Counted from the first letter of the stretch, positions 51,611 through 63,522 are shown. The stretch is 64,000 nucleotides of DNA from Felis catus (GCF_018350175.1 NC_058368.1:79362001-79426000); one strand, 5' to 3'. A program made the numbers and translations. Notes: generated from the letters alone by a model not told the origin.

Positions 51611-54295
51611 TTTTGTGGGCGGCCGGGAGCGACTGGGGTTGCTTCAGAACCGGCACCTGCAGGTGTGGGGTCATCTACTGGAAGCAGGCAAGCGTCCTAG
51701 TGGAACAGAATAGTCAGGAGAGAGACAAACAAAGGGTTTGCTTGGGTCTAGCACAAGACAGGGGAAGCTGAAAAGACTGGATGTGCCGTCACTTAGCAAA
51801 AACTTTGGTTGCAGCTTGTGGTCATTTTTTTTGTGTGTGTCTTGGATTGAGGAGTTGATGCTGGGGCATCTCGAATTCTCCTCCTGACTTTTGAACTCTC
51901 ACCTGTCCTCTTCCCGGGCGAGTTACTGATGCTGATGTTCTCAGTCTTTCCATCTATGAAAGGGGAATTTCTTTGGTATCCATCTGACCCGAGACTCTGT
52001 GTGATAGGAGCCATCATATAACGCCCACCGAGTGTAAAATCTCGAGAAAGGTGTGTGAGCTTCTGGGGGGTTCTCCCACTAGGACGGTCTAATTTAAAAA
52101 AGAAAAAGAAAAAGACCAAAGGTATTTCTCCATACCGCTCACATAAAGACCGTGCTTTCCGCGTATTTCTACAAAGACTGCTCTGTGTAAATTTTATGAT
52201 TGTTACGCACTATAATAATTAAGTAACAAAAAGCTATGGGGAAGATTACTTTCCCTGAGAATCAGAACAGTGATAATGAAACAGGGCCAGTAATCTGGCT
52301 TTAATGAAATGGGGAATCCAACCCACTACATCAGAGAAAGCAATAAAATGTGTTCCCATATCAATAAAACTCAATTCTCTATGTTCTTATTATGTAAATC
52401 AATACACCCTGCTCCCCGAAGAAGACAGCGCCTTGCGCTGCTGTGGGTTTTTGTTTTGTTGTGTTGTGTTTTTTCGGGGATACCTTACAGCTTACTTCGT
52501 ACGCAATTAGTGAATAAACAGGTCTGTTTCTGAAAAGTCCGTTCATCACATCACTAGATTGCCTGGATGGCATTTTCAACGGCGAAACAATTTGCACAGC
52601 AGATATACGCTTACGGGAAATTAGGCAAATGGTGGAGCTTTAATGCATACGGGCAAGAAATTAATGTAAAATTTGTGGGTGCTCAAGCCACTCTTTCTAG
52701 TAATCCTTCCAAATCTGTATTTCATCTAGAAAGCTTTTATTTTAAAACCAATTTAAAAAGTCAATAATCATTAAATATGCAGAGACATCTGTGTGCTTCC
52801 TGCGTCGTATTTCATTCCAAATTAGGCCATCCGTGTTTTGTCTGTCTGTCTGTTTGTTTGCTGCATCTGTGGGGAACGGGGTGATGTCAAAATCAATTAT
52901 GCTGAATCCCCCAATGCCGATGGTTCCCCCCCCCGCCCCCGCCTCCCCTGCAGACGTTACATGAAAACTGCTCTTTCCCCGTTGGGCCCTTGAGGGACGG
53001 GGGAAGAGAACGCTGCCCACTGTGCGTGGCCCAAACCTCCTTCCCGGGGCCCGGCCTGCCCTCTCCGGATGGCCTCTCTCTGATGTCTGCGTGCCTCACA
53101 GTTGGCTCTGGGGGCCCACGCTGCCTGTTCCCCACTCTCGAACCCGTATCGTTCGGTGGGCCTCTTTCCACCTTGACATTTTGACACACTGACAACGGCC
53201 GAGAATTTTCCTGCCTGCCCCTGCGGATTCCGAGGACTGGTTTTCACGGGACAAGGTGACCCCCTTTGTAAGGGCGTGTCCTCGGGGAGCCCGTGGTGAC
53301 CTCACCCAGGCCAGGACGCACTGGGTACAGAATATAACTTCTTGCTATTTGGCCTCTGGAGTCACTCATTCATTACACAAAGTCTTTATCTTTGTGCACA
53401 TCCTGGAACAATACTCTTAAATAAATACTCTCCGAGGCATTTTACTCCATGGTTATTTACTTTGCATTTCCATGATCTCAATGGAACACAGAAAGGGAGG
53501 AGATAGAAGGCTTGGCAAACAATAATTTGCCACCATCTACGCACAAGGGGACAACTGTGAGGTTCATTGTTCTGTTTTAAAAGGAAAACACGTCATTGAC
53601 TTGACATAGTGCATCTGTGTGTGGACCAGAGTCATTTAGGAAATTCCACTTGGCAAAGCCCACGAGGTGACCTCTGTCTCCAGAGAACAGAGGCCACGTG
53701 GCCATGATTCGTCTTGCAGACCCAGCTCTCAGCCCGGAGGTCTCGGGCAAGTCCTTGAGATTCTGAGTCTGTTTCCTTCTTCAGTCAGGGAATAGGTGTC
53801 CCACCTTCTCCTCCCCGTCCTGTGTTGAAAGTGAGCAGCTGTGCCCTGACTGCACCCAAGTCTGAAAAGCCAAGGGAAGACATACAAAGGCGTGAATTTG
53901 CAGCCCGCTTTGAAACTGATCATCCTGACGTTCTGGGCCTGGATTTACCAGCAGCAGCATCGTCATCGAGTTGAAAAGCCCGATGAGATTAAAAATTATT
54001 TTTGAAAGGGCTTCGAGTCCACAAGTTAAAAAAAAAAAAAAAATCAGAATTTGTTTTGGACGCGACCACATTCGTCAGTGAGACTTGCTACTCGAGTCCC
54101 CTGCTTCTTCCTCCTCCTTTTCAACTATGAGCACAAAAACCTGCCCTCAGCAAATACACAGATTTGCTGTATTGAAACGTGCGAAAAGGAAAACAAGAGT
54201 GGGAGAGGATATACGATTCCTCAAGGGTCACTGTGTTTGCTCCTACTTAAGCCAAACTGACTTCATTCACAGCCTTACGGAAGCATGTGCTAGAT

Positions 54296-54690
54296 TTTTT
54301 TTTTTTTTAATTCAAGTGATTCATCACTTCCATACGACACCCAGGGCTCCTGCCAACAGGTGCCCTCCTCTGTGCCCATCCAGCCCATCCCCCGCCCGCC
54401 TCCCTCCAGCTGCCCTCAGTTTGTTCTCCGTGTTTAAGAGTCTCTTATGGTTTGTCCCCCTGTCTGTTTTTATCTTATTTTTCCTTCCCTTCCCCTACGT
54501 TCATCTGTTGAGTTTCTCAAATTCCACACATGGGTGAAATCATATGATATCTGTCCCTCTGAGGGATATATTTCGCTTAACGTAATACCCTCCAGTTCCA
54601 TCCACGTCTTGCAAATGGCAAGATTTCATTCTTTTTGATCACGGAGTAATATTCCATGATATATATACCACATTTTCTTTATCCATTCAT
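54296..54690 (-). mobile_element. 5'-truncated feline/carnivore L1 3' end
   Basis: ccctcagtttgttctccgtgtttaagagtctcttatggtttg...caaattccacacatgggtgaaatcatatg...gcaaatggcaagatttcattcttttt. Confidence 0.9.
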
Positions 54691-54695
54691 GCTTG

Positions 54696-54947
54696 TTTTT
54701 TTTTTAATTTTTATTTTTTAATTTTTTTTTTAATTTTTTTTTTCAACGTTTATTTATTTTTTGGGACAGAGAGAGACAGAGCATGAACGGGGGAGGGGCA
54801 GAGAGAGAGGGAGACACAGAATCGGAAGCAGGCTCCAGGCTCTGAGCCATCAGCCCAGAGCCTGACGCGGGGCTCAAACTCACGGACCGCGAGATCATGA
54901 CCTGGCTGAAGTCGGACGCTTAACCGACTGCGCCACCCAGGCGCCCC
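54696..54947 (-). mobile_element. Young feline SINE (SINEC_Fc)
   Basis: Near-consensus, long T tail, sits in the tail of the next SINE. Confidence 0.96.
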
Positions 54948-55151
54948 TTTTTTTAATTTTTAAATGTTTATTTATTTGGGGGGGGGAGGTGGGGATCAGG
55001 GGAGAGAGAGACACACACACAGAATCTGAAGCAGGCTCCAGGCTCTGAGCTGTCAGCACAGAGCCCAACATGGGGCTCGAACCCACAAGCCACGAGATCA
55101 TGACCTGGGCCGAAGTTGGACATTTAACTGACTGAGCCACCCAGGCAGCCC
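54948..55151 (-). mobile_element. CanSINE (SINEC_Fc-like)
   Basis: Antisense element ending ctgagccacccaggcagccc. Confidence 0.92.
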
Positions 55152-57268
55152 TCGTATTAGTTTTTATGGTAACCGCCGCAGGGAGGCTACCCCAGAAGTC
55201 TCGTGGTTTATTTTTCCTTCCACGTATGAACACTGGGGAGGAGGCAGGCACTCAGATTCGGGCTCTGGATCTTTCTGTAGCGGCCATGACAGCGCAGGAT
55301 GGTGAAAGTCACATGTGCCTTTTCAAGCCACAGAGGAGGGTGGATGATGCAAGGAGGATCTCAGGTGCTGGCTACCAATCTGTGTCTCCTCACACACCTT
55401 GTGTCCAGTTGCACAGAGTAGAATATCTTTTTTTTTAAATACAAACCTAGAAGTTCGGACACTTCCAACCTCGTGGGTCAACAGCCCTGTGATGACCTGG
55501 TACACCATGCTTGTGATTCACTGAAGTCCTTCGTTTGTTCAAAACATTTCTTGGTGCTCATTAAAAAAAAATCTCTTTCGGGGACGCAAAGAATCTCTTT
55601 CGGGGACTCCAGAATAACCTGAGTGAGTGAAATCCTCAAGCGTTGAAGGAGGCTTGATTTGGGGAAACAATAAATATTTTGAGGCTCTCCAACAAATGTG
55701 ATGACTTCTGAAGAGAAATCATATTGCTTATAATGTTAAAGGAAGCATAATTAACACAGAAAGGGGTTCGCGTTGGAAATGACCGGAAGATGTCTGTCCA
55801 GAGAGACGTGCCTTGCTGATGGGAGTATTGCAGCTCCCCTAAGCACCTCTCCTGACAGGCTGACAGGTTAGCTCCATTGCTGCATGGGTGCCATGCATTT
55901 TGGCTGGTGACGATGGCAATCCTTTTTACAACAGTTAGCGAGGAAATAGCGTCTCCCTCCACACCCCCATCACCACCACGTTCACGAACACAGAGAGTCT
56001 GAGTGGGGCTGCGCAGGAAAGAAGGGAACCGAGCAGAGCAATCGCTTAAACCAACCCAGTGGAGAAATCCCAAAGCTGCTAACAGCTTGATGAAGAAGCC
56101 CCCCTCCTCGTTGTGCAGAGTACCCCAATTCCATACCTGCAGACCCCGTGGGAGAGGGCACACGGAGAACTATTTCCAGGGCACATCTGCTGTTGTGAGC
56201 AGGAGCCGTGTGCATGCTGTGACGTCACTGCACCCACTGCCTGATATTAAGCGGGAATCATAGCCACACATCACAACAATTCGTTCAAGTAATGACTGAG
56301 TTCATGGTTGAATGTGATACTACAACCTTTGTTGGCAACTTGGGTAGATGTCTGTTAAGCCGAAGCTCGCTTCAAAATTCCATTTTACTATAATCGACAT
56401 TTATTGGAAATATTAGAGGGGGCTCTGTGATTCCAATGAAAGCCATTGCTCAAAGTGGTGAGTCAAGGTCCACCCCGGGAGCTCCCCATGTAAAACAGAA
56501 CTTTCGGGAATGCGGAATAATGGTACACGTGGAAACAGAACCCCTCCCCCCCCCCAGCTCGGAGTAATCCCAGATCATAAAATATAAAGCAAACTTCCGT
56601 AACATGGACACAATTTGAGGGGGGGCATCGGAGGCAGGGGAGGACCCCAGAGGGCCCCGGGTGGCCATTCTCGCCTCATGTAAGTGGGTGAGGAGTCTCT
56701 GCCTCGAAGCTGGCTGGTGGCCACTAGAGGCTCAGGGAGAAGTAAAATTGAGAAACCATTGAAATGATGAAGAGGAAGAACCTGGCCAATATCTCTCGGT
56801 ACAAAACAATTAATTTAAGTTAGTACAATCCCGGGGGATCCCTCTAATCAGATGCAGGGATGAGAAAAGCAATTGTCAGAACGAGACCGAGAACTTGTTT
56901 TATCTGCAGAAAAAGGTTGAGTTTGGGGTAGCAGTTCTAACTTTAAGATAAGAGTGCCATAGACTTCTACAGCTCTGAAGATACGGGGACAGGGACATCC
57001 TGTTATGTAGGTGACGGGGAGGCTTCCCCCACCGGAAGGAAGGGTGAGCCGGGAGTCTCGCTTTGAAAGCTCACCCAAATTGGCGGCTCTCACCAAGTAC
57101 ACGCTGGAATTGGGGGTAAAGGCAGAATCTTCCCTCAGGAAACAAGCTCTTGTTCACATTTCCTATTTTCCCATCAACATGAAAATTGCCCAAGAAATAT
57201 AGAAATCCCGGGGGTACCTCCCTCTTCAACTCATTCCTTTCCCTTTGCTTCTCGTGTTTTAGTTGCCC

Positions 57269-57647
57269 TGTGTGCGTGTGCATGTGTGTGTGGGAATGTG
57301 TGTGTACACGTGCATGTGTACATGCGTATGCTTTGTGTGCATGTGCGCGTGCATGTGTGCACGTGTGTGAATGTGGGTGGATGTGTGCACGTGTGTGCAT
57401 GCATGTATATGTGTGCATGTGTGTCCACGTGCATGTGCATGCATGTGTGTGCCTGTGTGTGTGATGTGTGTCCACGTGTGTGTACATGTGTGTGTGCACA
57501 CGCATGCATCATGTGCCTGCGTGTATACGGATGTGTGTGTGCGTTGTGCACATGTGTGCACATGTGTGCATGTGTGTCCATGTGCATGTGTGTGCATGTG
57601 TTCCTGTGTGCATGCATGTGTGCATGTGAGTGCATATGTGTGTGTGC
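57269..57647. repeat. Complex alternating purine-pyrimidine (TG/CA) low-complexity tract
   Basis: ~380 bp of tgtgtgcatgtgcacgtg-type units. Confidence 0.95.
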
Positions 57648-58220
57648 CTCCATGAAAAATCCTTCGTAAATGTAGGCCATGACCTTCATCGGCTGGAGAG
57701 TTGAAGCAAGCGCCTTCCAATACTAGACCCATCCCTCTTTTGGAACATCTGAGGTTTGTCTTGGGAAGACGGACAGACATTTAATTGCAAATCACCTTCC
57801 CCTCTGATACTGACTCCCAGAAAGGAAAGCCGGTATGAAGAATAATTTCAACACCACTTGGCTCGCTGAGATTTTAGAATGTGCCCAAGGCTGTTTCAGA
57901 GAGAAATCTGTGCGTTCGGGTTGCATGGAGACCTGTGTGTCAGCTTATTTGGAAAAGCAAATTACATGTGATGTGCTAGCAGCTAGTTAGTGTGCGAAAC
58001 ACTGTGAAAGCCTGTTGTCACCTTGTTTGTCGACATTACAGATTCCATTCATCTCACACACACACATTATGCACTGCGACTCACACTGTTACACTGCGGA
58101 TGGTTATCACCCACTCCCTCACACACCTAAGATGCTTCAAGAGGCTGGGGGCGGGGGGAACCCTCTTTTTCCACTATTAAAATATCTTTACAGGGGCCAG
58201 GAATTGGGGTTGTTGGGATG

Positions 58221-58410
58221 CGTGATGGTTAATTTTATGTGTCAACTTGTCTGGGCCACCGAGTGCCCGGACATTTGGCCAAAGCTTCTTCTGGGGTGTC
58301 TGTGAGGGTGTTTGTGGACGAGTTTAACATCAGGGTCAGTGGGGGCAGTAGAGCAGATCCCGCCTCCACCCCGGCCCTGTCCTATCAGGGGATGAGGACA
58401 AACAGGAGAT
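58221..58410 (+). mobile_element. ERVL LTR 5' fragment (MLT2-like)
   Basis: gtgatggttaattttatgtgtcaacttg...gtgtctgtgagggtgtttgtggacgagtttaacat is the characteristic MLT2 start. Confidence 0.85.
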
Positions 58411-58783
58411 TGTCGTTAGAAAGTGGGGGTCGTAGGAATTTTCGGGAGATGCCAGAGAAAAGTGATTTTTCTCTGGCTCGTTTTGCTCCAAACTCGGTAA
58501 TAACTCAGAGTTACACACAAAGACCCCTCGTGCACAGGGGTCTAGTGGATCAGTCTAACGTGTGACCGCCCTTCTTCAGCTGCCCTGGAACAGTCTGCCA
58601 CCTTCCCCAGTCCAGGGCCCGGGCGCGGACAGACCACCGTGACCTCGCAGGGGCCCGTACATCCTGTCTGATGGTCCCTGACTTGATGAGGACCTGATGA
58701 GACCCCAAGGACCTTCACCCTCTTCTGAGTAAAGCTTTTGTTCAATATAACAAACTACCTCCTATTTATGAAAGCCCTTTGTT

Positions 58784-59014
58784 GGGGCACCTGAGTGGCT
58801 CGAGTCGGTTAAGACTCAGTCGGTTAAGTGCCCGACTCTTGATCTCGGCTCAGGTCATGATCTCAGGGTCATGAGTTAAGCCCCACATTGGGCTCTGCGC
58901 TGACAGTGCAGAGTCTGCTTGGGATTCTGTCTCTCCCTCCCTCTCTCTCTGCCCCTCCCCCACTCTCTCTCTCGGTCTCTCTCTCCCAAAATAAATAAAT
59001 AAACTTTAAAAAAG
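58784..59014 (+). mobile_element. CanSINE, older subfamily, duplicated A-box segment
   Basis: Head contains agtcggttaag twice. Confidence 0.92.
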
Positions 59015-59015
59015 A

Positions 59016-59230
59016 GGGGTGCCTGGGTGGCTCAGTCAGTTAAGCATCCAACTTCAACTCAGGTCATGGTCTCACGGTTTGTGAGTTCAAGCCCTGAGTC
59101 GGGCTCTGTGTTGACAGCTCCGAGCCTGGAGCTGCTTCGGACTCTGTGTCTCCCTCTCTCTCTGCCCCTCCCCCACTTGTGCTCTGTTTCTCTCTCTCTC
59201 AAAAATAAAAAACATTTTAAAAAATAAAAA
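59016..59230 (+). mobile_element. CanSINE
   Basis: Directly follows the tail of the previous SINE. Confidence 0.93.
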
Positions 59231-59343
59231 GAAAGCTTGTTCTTGTCTAAGAATGGAGTAAGCCTACAAGGAAAGCACATAGAGAAAAAACAGTGAAGAA
59301 TGGAGCAACCTGACAGGCAACACCGGAGCCGGAGACAATGATT

Positions 59344-59945
59344 GGGGGTAGGGGTAGGGGTGGGTGTGGTGGGGTGGAGGTAAGGGTGGGTGGGGTAGGA
59401 TGGAGCAGAGTGGTGTAGAGTGGAACAGAGTGGGATAAGGGTGGGGTAGGGTGGAACAGAGTGGGGTAGGGGTGGGGTGGGGTGAGGTGGAGGTTGGGGT
59501 GGAACTGAGTGGCGTAGGGGTGGGGTAGGTGTGGGGTGGGGATAGGGGTAGAGTGGGGTGGGGTGGGGGTAGGAGTGGAACTTAGTGGGGTAGGGGTCGT
59601 GTGGGTTGGGGTGAAACGGAGTGGGGTAGGGGTGGGGTGGGGTGAAGTGGAGGTTGGGGTAGAACAGAGTGGGGTAGGGGTAGGGTGGGGGGTGGGGTGG
59701 AGTGGGGTGGGGTGGAACAGAGTGCGGTAGGGGTGGGGTGGTGTAGGATAGAACGGAATGGGGTAGGGGTGGGGTGGGGTGCGTGAGACGGGGTGGAACT
59801 TAATGGGGTAGGGGTCGTGTGGGGTGGGGTGGAACAGAGTGCGGTAGGGGTGGGGGAGGTGTGGGGTGGGGATAGGGGTGGAGTGGGGTGGGGTGGGGTG
59901 GAACAGAGAGGGGTAGGGGTGGGGTGGGCCGGTGTGGGGGTAGGC
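59344..59945. repeat. G-rich (GGGGT)n-based minisatellite
   Basis: Recurrent ggtggaacagagtg(g/c)ggtaggggtggggtg units; extreme G skew on + strand. Confidence 0.95.
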
Positions 59946-61248
59946 GTGTAGCAAAGGTGGATGTGTGGGTAGGTTCTAAATCAAATGCTCTATTACTGCA
60001 GAGGAGAGAGTGTTGATTGGGATGAGCCAGCCGTTTAATACTCTGTGGCCTCTCTCTCTTTTTCAATGTTCCTGTGTCTACATCTTAATAACCAATTTGG
60101 ATTGAAATGCATTCAGTCTAATCTCCCACACGAAGGTCAATCATTACTATGCTACACCTCACTCTGTACCCAGGACACCTGTTTGGGGGGGGGTGTGCGG
60201 GGTAGAGTCCATTTTCTGCTGAAAATGTGAGTCAGAGTCATGTGACAACTGAGCTCTGCAGATACTAGCTCTCGCCGCTGCCCCTGGAACCTGTTAGGGC
60301 TGCAGGTGCCTCGGAGACATCCCCGGACCCTTGAGTTCATTGACGTCCATACAGTCATCGTCCAGTGCTAGAAAAAGTTGGTATGTGAGTCTGAATGTGT
60401 GATACCTGCGGATCTTTCTCACCAGAGTGCACTTTATCTTTGATATGTGCAATATCAGAAAAACATGTGGCGTTTCTGGCATTAGTTTATTGATTTTGGA
60501 AGGTTCTGGCTCCTTTCGGAGGTCACTTCCTGGGTACTCACGTCTGGAACCAGTAATTTGCCATTCACTCGTCACTGTCACCACGGTGTGGTTGCTGCAT
60601 TGACCTACTTGGGATCAAAGGAAAGGTCTTTCCGGTTACAGTCAGTGCTGGCCGCCCTTCAGCAATAATAGACACACATCTTCACGAGTCTGTCCCTGGC
60701 CAGTGTCGCAGCTGGTGGATGAATGCCGCCTGCCAGCGCACAGGTAAGATTTTCTCCATCTCCAGAAGAGCCAGCCCCAGTGAGCTTAATGCCACTTCCT
60801 CATCTGGTTCTTGGGTCTGTCTTCAGAGGTGCCTGGGAGCGTGTCCTTCCATAATACAGAGTTACGGAACTGTTTACCAAGGGGAAGAAATAACATTTTG
60901 GATTTGTGTGACTGATCTCCCAGGAGGGGAACAATGGAACGTTGTGGATGCGTGGTAAATGAGATGGGTTGTGTTGCGTCCACTTCGACATCCTCAGAGC
61001 AGTGAGTGAAGAATCATGAAGGCATTGCATGTGTAGACCATGCGTGTAGACGTGAGGTTGCCCGCAGGAAGGAGGTGAGGAGATCAGAACTGGGACAGAT
61101 AACCCGGGGATGGCTCTGAGTCTTGCCATGTGGTAATAGCACGCCATACCCAATAGCTTAGGAAGGAGAGAAACAGAAGGAGGATGAGCAGAAGAGGAAA
61201 TGAAGGAGAGCGTTCTGTTGTGTTGTTTCCTAATAAAGTCAAGGGACT

Positions 61249-61430
61249 GTTTATTTTGGAGAGAGCGTGATCAAACGAGGGAGAAGGGCAGAGGGACAGA
61301 GAGAGAGAGAGAAAGAACCCTAAGCAGGCTCTGTGCTCAGCACGGACCCCGATGTAGGGCTCGATCTCTCATGACTGTGAGGTCATGGTCAAGAGTTGGA
61401 CGCTCAATGGACTTAGCCACCAGGTGCCCC
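61249..61430 (-). mobile_element. CanSINE, older subfamily
   Basis: Antisense element ending ttagccaccaggtgcccc. Confidence 0.88.
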
Positions 61431-62554
61431 AGAGTCAAGGGACTTAAAGCCAGCATCCGAGGAGGGCTCCACTGGGCTAGTGCACCTTACCTGTCCTTGC
61501 AGTGAGAAGCTATGCTTGGACATCCACGGGCTGCTGGGACTCTTTGCCCAGCTGGCTCTGAAGGCACAGATCCCCACAGGGGCTTTGTACCAAACGCAAG
61601 TCCAAGCCCCACGCCGAAACGGACCACACACGCGTGAAGAGCAAGAAATAAACGTAAACGGTCACTGCAGACTCACCCACAGACTGCAGTCACCTACCCG
61701 GACGTTTATTTGTTCGTTTTGTTTTTATGACACTGAATTCCGTGCAACCACTTGCATTTCCTAGGAGCCAAATCAGAATCAGCATCGCGTTGAGACTCAC
61801 TTCTCACCTGCTCACTCACTCGACTTAGCAGCATACATCCAGGCCCACACAGACGTGATCCTGAAATGGAATTTTGGAGACCGTATCCCATTCCAGGAGA
61901 GCAAAACATTCCTTGCTTCTTCTGTCGATAGTTTTAAATATCTGCACGCCACGCGTTTTCAGCAGTATATTTCATCTTGCTGAAAACTGGTCTTCACGTT
62001 ATAGGCCATTGAAAGGGTTGTGCAGCTTACATCTGGATATTACATATGGATAAAGCATCTCACCTCCAGACTGGAAAGGCAGCGGCACCAAATGTGGAAG
62101 AAATGAGAAACTGTATATTTTCAAGTGCCCAGGAGTGATACAAGCATGCAGACACAGCCAGGGTCTCTGTCCTCCAAAGCTCTGGTCCCATGGCTCCCCC
62201 ACCTCAGGACTCTCCAGCCTCCCCATCCCAAGGTGGGAAAAAGCCAGTTCAGGTTTCTGGCTGTGGCTGGGGGAGTCGTTCCTTCTCTTCAGAAAAAGGA
62301 GGGACCAACAGCGGTTTCTTATTGAATTAAAATATGTGCTGTCTACATCAGTTAGAAGACCTTGGGCAGGATGCTGGGTCTTTCTCAGCCTCGGTTTCCT
62401 TTCCGATCAAACAGACAGGATCACCTGCCCCCGGCCCTGGGGTGACAGCGATGGCCACACCAAGGGGGGGCTGCCCTTCTGCTGCTCCCTCTACTTTCAC
62501 TTCTTTGTCTTATCGTTCTTTTTTTTTTTTTTTGCTCTTCCTTGACTCTTTCCT

Positions 62555-62772
62555 TAAATTTTATTTTTTTTTAACATTTATTTATTTTTGACAGAGAGAG
62601 ACAGGGCATGAACGGGGGAGGGTCAGAGAGAGAGGGAGATACAGAATCTGAAACAGGCTCCAGGCTCTGATCTATCAGCACAGAGCCCGACGCGGGGCTC
62701 GAACTCACGGACCACGAGATCGTGCCCTGAGCCGAAGTCAGACGCTTAATCGACTGAGCCACCCAGGCGCCC
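62555..62772 (-). mobile_element. CanSINE (SINEC_Fc-like)
   Basis: First of three tandem antisense SINEs. Confidence 0.95.
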
Positions 62773-62775
62773 ATA

Positions 62776-62995
62776 TTTTTTTTTTATTTTTTTCATGTTT
62801 TATTTTTGAGAGAGAGAGAGAGAAACAGCATGAATAGGGGAGGGGCAGAGAGAGAGGGAGACACAGAATCCGAAGCAGACTCCAGGCTCTGAGCTATCAG
62901 CACAGAGCCCGACGCAGGGCTCGAACCCACGAACCGTGAGACCATGACCTGAGCCAAAGTTGGACGCTTAACCGACTGAGCCACCCAGGTGTTCC
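62776..62995 (-). mobile_element. CanSINE (SINEC_Fc-like)
   Basis: Second of three tandem antisense SINEs. Confidence 0.95.
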
Positions 62996-63013
62996 TGTTT
63001 CATTGTTTTAAGC

Positions 63014-63216
63014 TTTTTTTTTTAAGTTTGTTTATTTATTTTGAGAGAGCACCAGTGGGGGAGAGGAAGAGAGAGAGGGAGAGAGAGAGAGTATACCAAG
63101 CAGGCTCTGCACTGTCAGTGCAGAGGCAGATGCAGGGCTTGAACCCTCAAACCATAAGATCATGACTTGAGCTGAAGTCAAAAGGCTGACGCTTAACTGA
63201 GCCCCCCAGACACCCC
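63014..63216 (-). mobile_element. CanSINE, older subfamily
   Basis: Third of three tandem antisense SINEs. Confidence 0.9.
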
Positions 63217-63520
63217 TCTTTCTTTAAATTTAACACGGATGCAGGAAAGAGAACAAATCGTTTAAGTGTCCAGTGAATTTTGGGGAACCCATCCGTGTAT
63301 CCAGAGCCTACATCAAGAAGCAGATCCTTCCAGCACCCAGAAAATGCCCCCTAGTTCAGGAAACCCATTCACCACCCCCCCACGGAGGTCACTGCCTTCA
63401 GACTCCTCTCCCCATAGATTAATTTTGCGTGGGTTACAGGCAAGCACTCTGGAGGCTAGCTCTTTTCTCTCCACATTGTATTTATGAAAGTCTCCTTGTT
63501 CACCAACCCCATGGCCACAC
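63217..63520 (-). mobile_element. Old L1 3' UTR fragment
   Basis: tttaagtgtccagtgaatttt...ccttccagcacccagaaaatgcccc...ccatagattaattttgc motifs. Confidence 0.55.
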
Positions 63521-63522
63521 AG

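Noticed and set aside
53893..53996. Peptide LKLIILTFWAWIYQQQHRHRVEKPDEIKNYF resembling a membrane-protein tail
   Set aside because: No convincing splice acceptor or start, and no family recognised.
56718..56734. CTCF-like ggccactagaggctc
   Set aside because: Mismatches at conserved core positions (lacks GGC at the right register).
57071..57780. His/Thr-rich and Cys/Val-rich ORFs
   Set aside because: Translations of the TG/CA low-complexity tract.
59247..59954. 235-aa Pro/His/Thr-rich extensin-like ORF; resemblance to an immunoglobulin switch region
   Set aside because: The ORF is the C-rich strand of the minisatellite. The repeat lacks AGCT motifs and no constant-region exons are nearby.
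597..62984. Many short ORFs with GAWVAQSVKRPTSAQVMIS or RERERERE peptides
   Set aside because: Translations of CanSINE heads and (GA)n tracts, not genes.
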